Positions 8,522-17,667 of a stretch of DNA of 64,000 nt are shown here, piece by piece (position 1 is the stretch's first letter; each line of letters opens with the position of its first letter). Origin of the DNA: an uncultured Verrucomicrobiae bacterium (GTDB lineage Bacteria > Chlamydiota > Chlamydiia > Chlamydiales > Rhabdochlamydiaceae); NCBI GenBank assembly GCA_963811735.1, contig CAWESW010000056.1, forward strand, positions 29,437 through 93,436, read 5' to 3'. Below the pieces are notes generated by a model. The model was not told the origin of the DNA. It made no database searches and saw nothing but the letters and a program-made list of their open reading frames with translations. Both the position numbers and the translations under genes were made by a program.

Positions 8522-10966
8522 ATGAATAGTATAGATACTAAAATCCAAATAATCGGTGAAATTGCGGAGCTTGATTGTGGATTTAAAAAAATCAGGACTC
8601 AAATGTCTTTCCTCGCCCCGGCCGGGCAGTTGGAAGCGCTTGCCGGTTCAAATCTCGACCACCTCTCTGTACAGCTTCAGGACTTGCAAGCGCGTGTCCA
8701 AGGGTTATTTGAAAATGCAATCGGTGAGGTTTCAAGTGAAATTTCTGAAGAAGAGCTTCTAGAGTTTGTCACAAATCTCAGTGAAGCTGCAAGTGTTCTT
8801 GAATCTATTCAAAAACATCAAGAAGGGGCTGCTCAATGCCTAGAACTCGCAGAGGACGTCGATGCGTTCATTTCGAACATCGATCGTTCGATGGGGACCG
8901 AGGCTTTATCTTCTCTTCGAGGCCGTGTTTCCAATCTGAGAGAAAACCTCGATCTCAATCAAGGGAATCGCAATTTTGTCGATCAACTTGAAAACAGACT
9001 GGGTAGCGGCGAACAAGCAATCTCCAGATGGCGCTCTCGCGAAATAGCAGAACAGGACCTGGAATTCCAAGCAGGGCTATTTGCAGATCAATTCAAAGGC
9101 ATTAAACAGCAGCTTACGAACGAGCCAAGACGTGATTTTGAGCGCGTGCTCTTATTTTATGATAAAATAAAAAGACATCGCGATGGGAATACAGGCCCTG
9201 AAGCGGAATCCTTCCAAATAGCGATGAACAGCCTTTTAGCAAAAGTGGAGGACCTGCTCACAAATATTTGCCAAGCGCAGGAAAACCAAGAGAGAGAACA
9301 GGCGCAAAAAAATGAAGAGCACAAGCAGCAGGCTTCATCCATTAATAACGTCCTGAGAGCTCTTGCTAACGAAGATGAAAGTGCGATCAAAGACGCTTAT
9401 GCGCTGTTAGGCTCCGATTTGAAGGAGAAATTCAGAGAAGCCCTTAGTACGTGTGCTGGGCGACAAATTCCCCGCACTTTGCTGAGTTCCCAGTTTTCCT
9501 TAAGCGACCTCCCTGGAACTTTAGAGCAGAAAAAAGAGGCGCTCAAGCAGGTGCTTTCCTCTATACCCCAACAAGTGAAAGTCGCAAATAGAGCGGAAGA
9601 GATGCAACGTCGATTGAGCAATGCGATTCAAGGCATTCGTGAAGAGATCTGCCCTTTCTCGTTGATTCCAAGTGAAGTCACCATGCTCATTCTTGCCAAT
9701 GTCGTTTCAGACCTTACACCGCGGTTAGTATGCCAGGAATGGGATGCGGTCATTTTTGAGATCTATAAGGATAGATGGAATCATTTGATCCAATGCCCTC
9801 CCGAAGGCCCCATCGAGCTGCAAAAACAGATGGCAATTGTTGAAGCAGGCCAATCGGATTATCCTCCCTATTTCAGCTTTTCTAGAAGGCTGCGCAAGCT
9901 CGTCGAGACCACCTTTGGAATTACAGTCCAACCTTCGTGTTTGTTATCCCACAGTCAATTAAGCGGCATGCAGGGGAGAGTGAACGAGATCAGCCTTGAG
10001 ACGATATGGCCCTACATTGCATCTCACATGGATCTATTTGACCATTTCAATCCACTAGATGCTATTGCCATTCGCAGTTGGTTGGCATGTCCTGACAATA
10101 ATAGGCTGCTGGATAGGATCGATGATATCTATTATCCCAATGGAAATTTAAGAGCTATTTCACCGGAATTCGGTAGGTTTACTAAGCTAAGACAGCTCCG
10201 TCTGCATGCGAACAGGATCACATTTCTTCCTCATGAAATCGGCAATTTAACCAACCTCACACGTTTAAATCTCTGTAGAAACCACCTAGCCTCTTTACCT
10301 ACCGAGCTCGTAAATTTAACTCAATTACAACAACTCTTTCTTGCAGAAAATCAATTCAAAGTTTTTCCCTGTGAAATTCTAAACCTGCCGAACTTAACTG
10401 AACTTGACATGGAGGGGAATCCCCTAGAATCTATTCCGGATGAAGTTTTGTGCTCTACTAAGAAGGTTTTTGCTGAAAATCCAACCATTGTTGCTTTTAA
10501 ACAAAAACTAAACCTTGAGCAAGAGTTGAACTACCATGGTTTTTCTCCATTAGCAATGTTATATGGAGTGATGATCGATCATATGAATGAAGAAGAAAAT
10601 CAATTCGCATGCGAAGAGGAAGAAGAAGATGGTTCTTATATTGAGGACATGAGTTCCGCTTTAGAAGATCTTACTGATCAAGATCGGACTTTCCTTTTGG
10701 GATCGCTTTGCCGTCTCCACGGCCGCGCTGTGGATGTAGAGTGGGCTGAGTCCCACGCTTTTGAGAATGAGGCTTTTTTTCTCAATGCATTAAGGCAGAC
10801 AATCATTAAGAAGTACGATCAGCTGCCGGCAGAGATGAGAAGAAAGGTCGATGCAAAAGTTCATGAGTTGGCTGGAAGCCCGGCGCCCGAGGACTTGGAA
10901 TGGGGAACTCTACACGCCAAGGACAATCTGCCGCGCCTTGCTGATGCAATGGAACATTGTCAATAA
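8522..10966 (+). CDS. Coiled-coil / F-box-like / LRR protein, putative effector
   Basis: LIPSEVTMLIL...LVCQEW F-box-like segment; LxxLxLxxNxLxxLP repeats; C-terminal WG..HA module. Confidence 0.85.
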   Translation: MNSIDTKIQIIGEIAELDCGFKKIRTQMSFLAPAGQLEALAGSNLDHLSVQLQDLQARVQGLFENAIGEVSSEISEEELLEFVTNLSEAASVLESIQKHQEGAAQCLELAEDVDAFISNIDRSMGTEALSSLRGRVSNLRENLDLNQGNRNFVDQLENRLGSGEQAISRWRSREIAEQDLEFQAGLFADQFKGIKQQLTNEPRRDFERVLLFYDKIKRHRDGNTGPEAESFQIAMNSLLAKVEDLLTNICQAQENQEREQAQKNEEHKQQASSINNVLRALANEDESAIKDAYALLGSDLKEKFREALSTCAGRQIPRTLLSSQFSLSDLPGTLEQKKEALKQVLSSIPQQVKVANRAEEMQRRLSNAIQGIREEICPFSLIPSEVTMLILANVVSDLTPRLVCQEWDAVIFEIYKDRWNHLIQCPPEGPIELQKQMAIVEAGQSDYPPYFSFSRRLRKLVETTFGITVQPSCLLSHSQLSGMQGRVNEISLETIWPYIASHMDLFDHFNPLDAIAIRSWLACPDNNRLLDRIDDIYYPNGNLRAISPEFGRFTKLRQLRLHANRITFLPHEIGNLTNLTRLNLCRNHLASLPTELVNLTQLQQLFLAENQFKVFPCEILNLPNLTELDMEGNPLESIPDEVLCSTKKVFAENPTIVAFKQKLNLEQELNYHGFSPLAMLYGVMIDHMNEEENQFACEEEEEDGSYIEDMSSALEDLTDQDRTFLLGSLCRLHGRAVDVEWAESHAFENEAFFLNALRQTIIKKYDQLPAEMRRKVDAKVHELAGSPAPEDLEWGTLHAKDNLPRLADAMEHCQ

Positions 10967-11138
10967 GAGTCTATCGTTGAATTAAGCTTCTGTCGATTTT
11001 CGGGTTCTTTTGAGCCGCTTTTCGATCCAAATTTGGGGGATAATATCAAACTTTCGTATATTATCCCCCGAGTTTGGATCGAAAATCGGCCAAAATAATC
11101 CCGAAAATCGACGAAGCCTTAATTCAACGACAGACTCT
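10966..11138. mobile_element. Palindromic element family A, copy 2
   Basis: GAGTCT(A/G)TCGTTGAATTAAG termini flanked by TAA on both sides; left TAA is the stop of the LRR gene; same core as 2830-3003, inverted. Confidence 0.9.
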
Positions 11139-11145
11139 AAAGGGC

Positions 11146-11179
11146 AAAAAAAGATCCCCGGTTTTTAACGCCGGGGATC
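11146..11179 (-). terminator. Intrinsic terminator hairpin
   Basis: GATCCCCGG/CCGGGGATC stem with an A7 run (U-tail on minus strand). Confidence 0.65.
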
Positions 11180-11236
11180 AACGAACGAAAAGTGAGTATC
11201 CAATGGAATCCACAATAAGTCCCGGTGTTGGGCTTT

Positions 11237-11288
11237 GTGGCCTTCCCAACAGTTTTTCAATGATTTGAAAAACTGTTGGGAAGGCCAC
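11237..11288. repeat. Perfect 24-bp inverted repeat
   Basis: GTGGCCTTCCCAACAGTTTTTCAA-TGAT-TTGAAAAACTGTTGGGAAGGCCAC just downstream of the 11313 gene. Confidence 0.85.
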
Positions 11289-11312
11289 TTGATTCCTTCC
11301 TCTATAATAACT

Positions 11313-13445
11313 TTACGCTCCTCCTCTTGGCGTCGTATGCAGACACCTTTCCAACGCTTGCACGGAAAGCGCTATCATGCCGGGCCTGTCCCAGTTGTAT
11401 TCTGCAAAATGATGGTCCCAAGGTTCAATATGCACTCCTGCAGATTTTGCCATTTCGTAAACGTACTGGAAAAAACGCGGTTCCTTAGGTAGCTTCTTGA
11501 ATTCCTGAATGAAGTGATAAGGCTCCTTTATCGCTTTAGGGGAGTAGTATAGTTCGAGTAACTTTACGCCTGTATTGACGAACTCTTCGCTTAGAGCTTT
11601 AGTTTCAATGGAATGGGGCTTCTTGCTCAAAGCGGTGAACTGTCGTTGCAGCGCAGGGGTCGTCTTGAAAAGCCTGCGAGCGACATCTTCTGCTTTTCCT
11701 TCGCAGCTTTTATAGTGGAAGGTATGGCGGAGCACATCGATTTGAACGACTTCAGGAAGAGATTTCCAAGTTTCCTGATCGTTTGGATTTTTCAACAGAT
11801 CATCGAAAGCCAGACCAACATAGGAGACGAGCGGAATCGAAAGATCAGTAGCGCGGACGAGGACAGGCTCCGGGGCATGCGGCGTCAAATCGACAACTCT
11901 TTCACTTATGGGTGGATGAATGACAGGTGAATCCACCGGTGGGGGTGAAGGCGGTGTGGGAAGATCAACAATTGGCGGTGGGGTTAGTATTGGGCTCGGT
12001 GGAGGGGTATATACAGGAATTTGATCGGGAATCGGCGGTGCTAGTTCTGGAGGCGGCGCTGACGGAGTTACCGGGAGGTCGTGTATGGGCATTATAGGAA
12101 TAGGGGTCTGGAGTTCTAACCATCTTTGTTCAGCCCAATCGACCGTTTCCAGCTGCTTCATTATATGGGCTTGGATTGCAGCCACACAAGATTCTAGGGA
12201 AGGTTCTTTTTTGTGGATGAGTTTTGCCCAGAATCCCGGTTCAGTTCTATTGCTTGATAAATTTTGTATCAATTGCTCTTGTTTAACTAGAATTGAGGAA
12301 CGCACTGTGTCAAAGGGGGAAATATCACCAGCATCCAACTCAAAGGTTTCTATGAGAAGTAGAATTTCTGGATTTCCATACTTAGCGAATTGAACTATTT
12401 GTTCAACGGCAGCCCTCATTTCTTCAGCGGTAAATGTGTCTTTTTGCAGAAATTTTTCCTTAAAGACTTGAGCTTGTTTTGAAATCAATTTTCGAGACAA
12501 AGCATCTCTTAAATTATATTCAAAATAATTCGATGTTTGAGAAGAATTTTCGAGCTGTAATTCTTTTAATTTTGAAGAGACCAATTTTTCATAAGCGATG
12601 ATTGATGCATCCAATGGCAAATGATCAGGAGCTTGACTAATAGTGTCTTTGAGTAAATCATCAAGTAAATTATGATTTACCATTAGAGATGAGATTTCAA
12701 AATATGGGGTGCAATACTGATTGTTTTTTGTTGCAAAATTAAGTAATCCAGCTTCTCTATCGCCTAAGTCGCTTAGAAATTTTTTATCTCGCCTGTAAAC
12801 ATCTGCGATTAGGGTTTTTTGCTGTAACAGCATTCCCTGGAAGAGATGATTGCGCACTGCGATTTCTAAAAGTTCATATTTCGGTAATCGTGACCATAAA
12901 CTCAATAATTCATAACTCTTTTTCTGCTCTTGAGGCATTAAGCCATAGACAATTTCTGCGACAGCTTTTTCGCATTGTTCAATTTTTTTATCCAATGGCC
13001 AGTTTTCGCACGAAGTTAAAAAACGACTTAATAAATCAAATAGTTTTTGATGGATAATGTGATCGCAATCATGTGAGTCGGGATGGGGGGTAAATCCAGG
13101 GAGAACTTGGTCGAGCGATTGCTTTAGAAATTCGATCGGACCTTGATCTTGTATGACAGGTGCTCCCATCGGAATCGGAACTAGATAGGGCGTTCGTGGA
13201 ATCATATAGGAATTGTAGAATACAGCTGGATCGATCGTGGGAAGCGTTGGATAAATTTCAGGGGTGGGATGATTAAGTGAAAATGAGCTTACAGTGAGAG
13301 GCGGTCTTTCGAGCATTGGAAGCAGAGTTGGATAGGAAACCACCGGCTGCACGGTGGGTGATTGATCGTCCACAGCAGGCGTAAATTGAGGGTATCCAAC
13401 ATAGGATGGCAACCCACCTGTCGATGAAGGCGTAGGTGATAGCAT
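11313..13445 (-). CDS. Proline-rich hypothetical protein, putative effector
   Basis: Long ORF; ATG at 13445 with GGAG RBS; Pro-rich N-terminus and central PPPSP tract. Confidence 0.8.
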   Translation of the reverse strand: MLSPTPSSTGGLPSYVGYPQFTPAVDDQSPTVQPVVSYPTLLPMLERPPLTVSSFSLNHPTPEIYPTLPTIDPAVFYNSYMIPRTPYLVPIPMGAPVIQDQGPIEFLKQSLDQVLPGFTPHPDSHDCDHIIHQKLFDLLSRFLTSCENWPLDKKIEQCEKAVAEIVYGLMPQEQKKSYELLSLWSRLPKYELLEIAVRNHLFQGMLLQQKTLIADVYRRDKKFLSDLGDREAGLLNFATKNNQYCTPYFEISSLMVNHNLLDDLLKDTISQAPDHLPLDASIIAYEKLVSSKLKELQLENSSQTSNYFEYNLRDALSRKLISKQAQVFKEKFLQKDTFTAEEMRAAVEQIVQFAKYGNPEILLLIETFELDAGDISPFDTVRSSILVKQEQLIQNLSSNRTEPGFWAKLIHKKEPSLESCVAAIQAHIMKQLETVDWAEQRWLELQTPIPIMPIHDLPVTPSAPPPELAPPIPDQIPVYTPPPSPILTPPPIVDLPTPPSPPPVDSPVIHPPISERVVDLTPHAPEPVLVRATDLSIPLVSYVGLAFDDLLKNPNDQETWKSLPEVVQIDVLRHTFHYKSCEGKAEDVARRLFKTTPALQRQFTALSKKPHSIETKALSEEFVNTGVKLLELYYSPKAIKEPYHFIQEFKKLPKEPRFFQYVYEMAKSAGVHIEPWDHHFAEYNWDRPGMIALSVQALERCLHTTPRGGA

Positions 13446-13772
13446 AATTCTTCTCCGATACTTTATTAATATATTATTATCCGTAACGCTACTGATTATA
13501 CTAATGAAGTTAATGTTGCGCAACTAAAATATCACTTTAAATCACTTAAAATTAGTGATTTATATAGTTTGTTTTTTATTACGTACTAAGTAAAATATTC
13601 GAGCATAACACTTGAAATTTTGATGTGTGCGTAGTGTTTATTTAGTAGGTGATTAAATTAACTGCCGTTGTATAAAATAAGGGAGTGTCTTAATTGTATA
13701 TATAGATTAAATTTGTTATAATATAGGTATAGGGATGAAAATAATTAAACCCAATAGGGTAGGTAATAACTT

Positions 13773-13979
13773 ATGGATAATACGTTACATCAACTTAAGG
13801 CTAGGGTCGCTAGCTTGGAGAGCAAGATAGATATGCTCGAATCAGAGCTTACGTACTTAAACGATATGCTCATACGCTGCGGATTTCCTGAAGGTGTTTC
13901 AACGCTGAAAGAGACTGTGCAGGAACTACTTGCAGAAGACGCTTCTCAAGCTAACCATGAGCGTCCTGAGCTAATCTAA
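13773..13979 (+). CDS. Small coiled-coil hypothetical protein
   Basis: 68-aa ORF with AGGT RBS; heptad pattern and CGFPEG motif. Confidence 0.75.
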   Translation: MDNTLHQLKARVASLESKIDMLESELTYLNDMLIRCGFPEGVSTLKETVQELLAEDASQANHERPELI

Positions 13980-14018
13980 GTACTTTATGCTTAGTGCATA
14001 ATAGGTAAACTCTCGTCT

Positions 14019-14043
14019 AGGGGCAGGTGGATCACCTGCCCCT
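14019..14043 (+). terminator. GC-rich hairpin, probable terminator
   Basis: AGGGGCAGGTG-GAT-CACCTGCCCCT followed by TACTTATTTT. Confidence 0.6.
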
Positions 14044-14049
14044 TACTTA

Positions 14050-14066
14050 TTTTAAGACAGCTTCTA
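14050..14066. repeat. Solo end of the AGAAGCTGTCTTAAAA palindrome
   Basis: TTTTAAGACAGCTTCTA is identical to the right arm of 47580-47619. Confidence 0.7.
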
Positions 14067-14152
14067 AGTGAATTCAGCTTCCTTCTTTGAGCTGAGAGCT
14101 TTACTTTTGCTTGCATTTGTGGTATTTTTTCTCTAAAAATTGGAGCAACGAC

Positions 14153-14416
14153 ATGGCAAAACTCGTTTTTGAAAATACGGGAGAAGAGAAGGAACTCGAT
14201 GAAGATTCTCCTCTCCATGAATTTTGTGAAGAGGCCGGCGTTCCTTTCGCCTGTACGGAAGGGGTTTGCGGTACATGTGTGATCGAGGTCGTCGAAGGGA
14301 TGGACAACCTGTCTGATTTCACCCAAGAGGAAAAGGATTTTTTAGGGGACCAGGGTTGCGAACGCCTCGCTTGCCAATGCAAGATCAAAGGCGGATGCGT
14401 AAGAATTAAATACTAA
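14153..14416 (+). CDS. 2Fe-2S ferredoxin
   Basis: CTEGVCGTC...RLACQC. Confidence 0.92.
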   Translation: MAKLVFENTGEEKELDEDSPLHEFCEEAGVPFACTEGVCGTCVIEVVEGMDNLSDFTQEEKDFLGDQGCERLACQCKIKGGCVRIKY

Positions 14417-14430
14417 CTACAAGGTTGACA

Positions 14431-15003
14431 ATGGCTCAAGATACAGCTCAAAAAGTTTCTAAAGAGATGACGATCGAAGAGATCTTTTCTCGATTTCCTC
14501 ATAAGAGCCAGAAACTGGCCCAAGAAATGACGAATGCCGGCCTTCATTGCGTCGGTTGCGGCGCAGCCGTCTGGGAAACGCTCGAAGCCGGGATGCTCAG
14601 CCACGGGTTTTCTCCCGAAGACGTCGATGAGATGGTCGAGAGGTTAAATGCGATCCTCGCTGAAAAGTCAGATCTTTCCTCCATTACGCTCACCAAGCGC
14701 GCGGCCGATAAGTACCGTCAGATCCTCAAAGAGGAAGGAAAAGAGGGCTGGGGCCTGCGTTTTGGCGATAAAGCGGCGGGATGCAGCGGGTTTGAGTATG
14801 TCCTCGATTACTCCCAAAAAGCGGGCAGCGATGACACAGTCTTTGTTTCCGAAGGCATGGAGATCCATGTTCATGCAGCCGATGTTTCCAGGTTGCTGGG
14901 CTCCCAGATCGATTTTATCGACGGGCTAAACGGCTCTGGATTCAAAATCAGCAATCCGAACGTCAAAGGTGCTTGCGGCTGCGGTAAATCCCAAAGCTAT
15001 TAG
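14431..15003 (+). CDS. DUF1858-like N-domain fused to HesB/IscA-type Fe-S assembly protein
   Basis: GLHCVGC N-terminal motif; GCSGFEY and NPNVKGACGCGKS. Confidence 0.88.
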   Translation: MAQDTAQKVSKEMTIEEIFSRFPHKSQKLAQEMTNAGLHCVGCGAAVWETLEAGMLSHGFSPEDVDEMVERLNAILAEKSDLSSITLTKRAADKYRQILKEEGKEGWGLRFGDKAAGCSGFEYVLDYSQKAGSDDTVFVSEGMEIHVHAADVSRLLGSQIDFIDGLNGSGFKISNPNVKGACGCGKSQSY

Positions 15004-15011
15004 AATAGAAT

Positions 15012-15083
15012 AATTGAAACGCAAAGACGCTGAGACGCAAAGAAATTTCATTCTTTGCGTCTCAGCGTCTTTGCGTTTCAATT
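15012..15083. repeat. Perfect 33-bp inverted repeat with internal ACGCAAAG/ACGCTGAG octamers
   Basis: AATTGAAACGCAAAGACGCTGAGACGCAAAGAA-ATTTCA-reverse complement, between convergent genes. Confidence 0.85.
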
Positions 15084-15094
15084 CTATATGATCC

Positions 15095-16489
15095 CTATTT
15101 ATGGATGGCGCGTTTATCGACGGCAAGCGCCGCTTCTTTCATCGCTTCAGAGAGCGTCGGGTGAGCGTGCGGGGTGGATGCCAGCTCTTCGACGGTGGTT
15201 CTCTTTTGGATGGCAAGCGCACCTTCTGCAATCAGCTCGGAGGCATGCGCTCCAATGATGTGAATACCGACGATGATGCCCGTCTTCGATTCAGCGATCA
15301 TCTTGATGAACCCTTCTTCTTCTCCCGTACAGCGCGCGCGTGAATTGGCCTTGAAGAAAAACGTGCCGACTTTGATGTCGAGGCCGGCTGCTTTCGCCTC
15401 CGCTTCCGTCATGCCTACGGAGGCCACTTCCGGGTGGGTGTAGACGACATTGGGGATGGCAGCGTATTCGACCTTGGGGCTGTGGCCGGCAATGATCTCG
15501 GCAACGGCGACTCCTTCTTCCGAAGCCTTGTGGGCGAGCATCGGGCCGTCGACAATATCGCCGATGGCAAAGATGGTGGGCTGATTAGTGCGGAATGTCC
15601 CATCGATTTTCACAAACCCTTTTTCTGTGACGGCAATCCCGGCCTTTTCCAGCCCCAGCCCTTGGGTATAGGGCTTGCGGCCGATGCAGACGAGGACGGC
15701 ATCGGCGCTCATCTCCTGCAGGGATTGATCGGACATTTGGACTTTGAGCGCGATCTGTTTTTCGCTGATCTGCGCCGAGGTGACTTTAGAGGAGAGGTTA
15801 AAATGCATTCCCTGGGCCTGCAGGAGGCGATGAAGCTCTTTGGAAAGGCTCTCATCGAGGGTCGGGCAGATCCTGTCCATGAATTCGACAAAGGTCACCT
15901 GTGCGCCTAGCCGCGCGTAGACGGAGCCTAGCTCAACGCCGATGATGCCGGCGCCGACGACGATCATTTTTGGGGGAACGCTTTCTAGGGCCAGCGCGCC
16001 GGTGGAAGAGAGGATCCTGCGCTCGTCAAAAGGGAGAAAGGGGAGGGCGATGGGTTCCGAGCCTGTGGCCAGGATGATGTGGCGTGCGGAAATTTGCTCT
16101 GATGTAGCACCGGAAATGGAAATTTCTTTCGGGCTTAAGAGGGTCGCTGTGCCTGCATACCGGGTGATCTTATTCTTTTTAAAAAGACCGGCGATCCCTT
16201 CATTGAAGGAGGCGACGATTTTTTCCTTGCGGGACATCATCTGCTTGAAATTGAAATCTGCCTTGGGGATCTCAATGCCGTGGACTTTCGCCTCGTGTCC
16301 GAGCTTCCAGTAGAACTCTGAAGATTGAAGCAGGGCTTTGGAGGGGATACAGCCGACGTTGAGGCAGGTGCCTCCGAGGGGAGCGCTCTTTTCGACGCAG
16401 GCGGTTTTAAGTCCCAGTTGGGAGGCCCGGATTGCCGCTACGTATCCTCCCGGCCCCGAGCCGATGATGACGACATCGTATTCAGTCAT
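15095..16489 (-). CDS. lpdA: Dihydrolipoamide dehydrogenase
   Basis: GSGPGGYVAA, GGTCLNVGCIPSK, HPTLSEA. Confidence 0.95.
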   Translation of the reverse strand: MTEYDVVIIGSGPGGYVAAIRASQLGLKTACVEKSAPLGGTCLNVGCIPSKALLQSSEFYWKLGHEAKVHGIEIPKADFNFKQMMSRKEKIVASFNEGIAGLFKKNKITRYAGTATLLSPKEISISGATSEQISARHIILATGSEPIALPFLPFDERRILSSTGALALESVPPKMIVVGAGIIGVELGSVYARLGAQVTFVEFMDRICPTLDESLSKELHRLLQAQGMHFNLSSKVTSAQISEKQIALKVQMSDQSLQEMSADAVLVCIGRKPYTQGLGLEKAGIAVTEKGFVKIDGTFRTNQPTIFAIGDIVDGPMLAHKASEEGVAVAEIIAGHSPKVEYAAIPNVVYTHPEVASVGMTEAEAKAAGLDIKVGTFFFKANSRARCTGEEEGFIKMIAESKTGIIVGIHIIGAHASELIAEGALAIQKRTTVEELASTPHAHPTLSEAMKEAALAVDKRAIHK

Positions 16490-16501
16490 TTATTATTCCT
16501 C

Positions 16502-17659
16502 TTATAAATCTAGTAGGAGGCGCGAGGGATCTTCCAGGTTCTGTTTCAGATGAACTAGGAAGAGGACGGCCTCTTTTCCGTCGACGATCCTATGATCGTA
16601 GCTCAGAGCGATGTACATCATCGGACGGATGACGATTTGATCATTCACGACAACAGCCCTCTTCACGATCGAGTGCATTCCTAAAATGGCGCTTTGCGGG
16701 GGGTTGAGGATCGGAGTGGAGAGGAGCGAGCCGAAGACGCCGCCGTTGGTGATAGTAAAGCTTCCTCCGCGCAAGTCGTCGATCGCAATGGTCCCGTCGC
16801 GCGCTTTTTTGGAGTAGCCTTCGATGGCCTTTTCTATGCCGCCGAAATTCAACTTGTCGCAGTTTTTGACGACCGGCACCATCAGGCCCCTTTCCGTCGA
16901 TACGGCAACGCCGATATCATACGTGTGATAGGTGATGATCTCGTCGCCGTCGATAGAGGCGTTGACCTCGGGATTTGCTTTGAGGGAGGCGACGACTCCT
17001 TTGACGAAGAAGGACATGAAGCCGAGCTTCACGCCGTGTTTTTTCAAAAAATTGTCCTTTTCTCGGGCCCGGATTTCCATGACTGCCGACATGTCGACTT
17101 CATTGAAGGTGGTGAGCATCGCGGTCGTGTTCTTGGCCTCGACGAGGCGCGCTGCGATCACTTTGCGCAGATTGCTCATTTTCTTGCGCGTCGATTTTTC
17201 ATCCGAGGGTCTGGGTCCGGGAGCTTCCACTTTTGCAGCAGGAGCTTTGGGCTCTTCTTTGAGGGAGGCGACAAATTCAGGCATCATGACCCGGGCACTC
17301 TCGCCCTTTGGCGCACTCGTTGGAAGAGGCGCAGCCGGCGCGGGAGAGGGCTCTGTGGGTTTTGCCGCGGGCTGGGCAGCAGGAGGGGGAGTGGGCGCAG
17401 CTGCTGCTGCAGAGGGGGCCTTGGCATCGGTGTCGACAAAACCGATCACCTGGCCGATGTTGACCTTGTCCTCTTTATTGACCGTCAGAGTCAGCTGGCC
17501 GCTTTGAGGCGCGTAGAGGACCTGGTTGACCTTGTCGGTCTCGAGCTCTAAAATCTCTTCGTCCAGCTTGACATAGCTGCCCGTGGGCTTCAAGATGTTG
17601 CTCACGATCGCTTCGACGACCGATTCCCCCATCGTGGGGATTTTAATCTCTACTTTCAT
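16502..17659 (-). CDS. sucB: Dihydrolipoamide succinyltransferase E2
   Basis: Lipoyl ETDKV; SYDHRIVDG. Confidence 0.95.
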   Translation of the reverse strand: MKVEIKIPTMGESVVEAIVSNILKPTGSYVKLDEEILELETDKVNQVLYAPQSGQLTLTVNKEDKVNIGQVIGFVDTDAKAPSAAAAAPTPPPAAQPAAKPTEPSPAPAAPLPTSAPKGESARVMMPEFVASLKEEPKAPAAKVEAPGPRPSDEKSTRKKMSNLRKVIAARLVEAKNTTAMLTTFNEVDMSAVMEIRAREKDNFLKKHGVKLGFMSFFVKGVVASLKANPEVNASIDGDEIITYHTYDIGVAVSTERGLMVPVVKNCDKLNFGGIEKAIEGYSKKARDGTIAIDDLRGGSFTITNGGVFGSLLSTPILNPPQSAILGMHSIVKRAVVVNDQIVIRPMMYIALSYDHRIVDGKEAVLFLVHLKQNLEDPSRLLLDL

Positions 17660-17667
17660 GGAATGCC

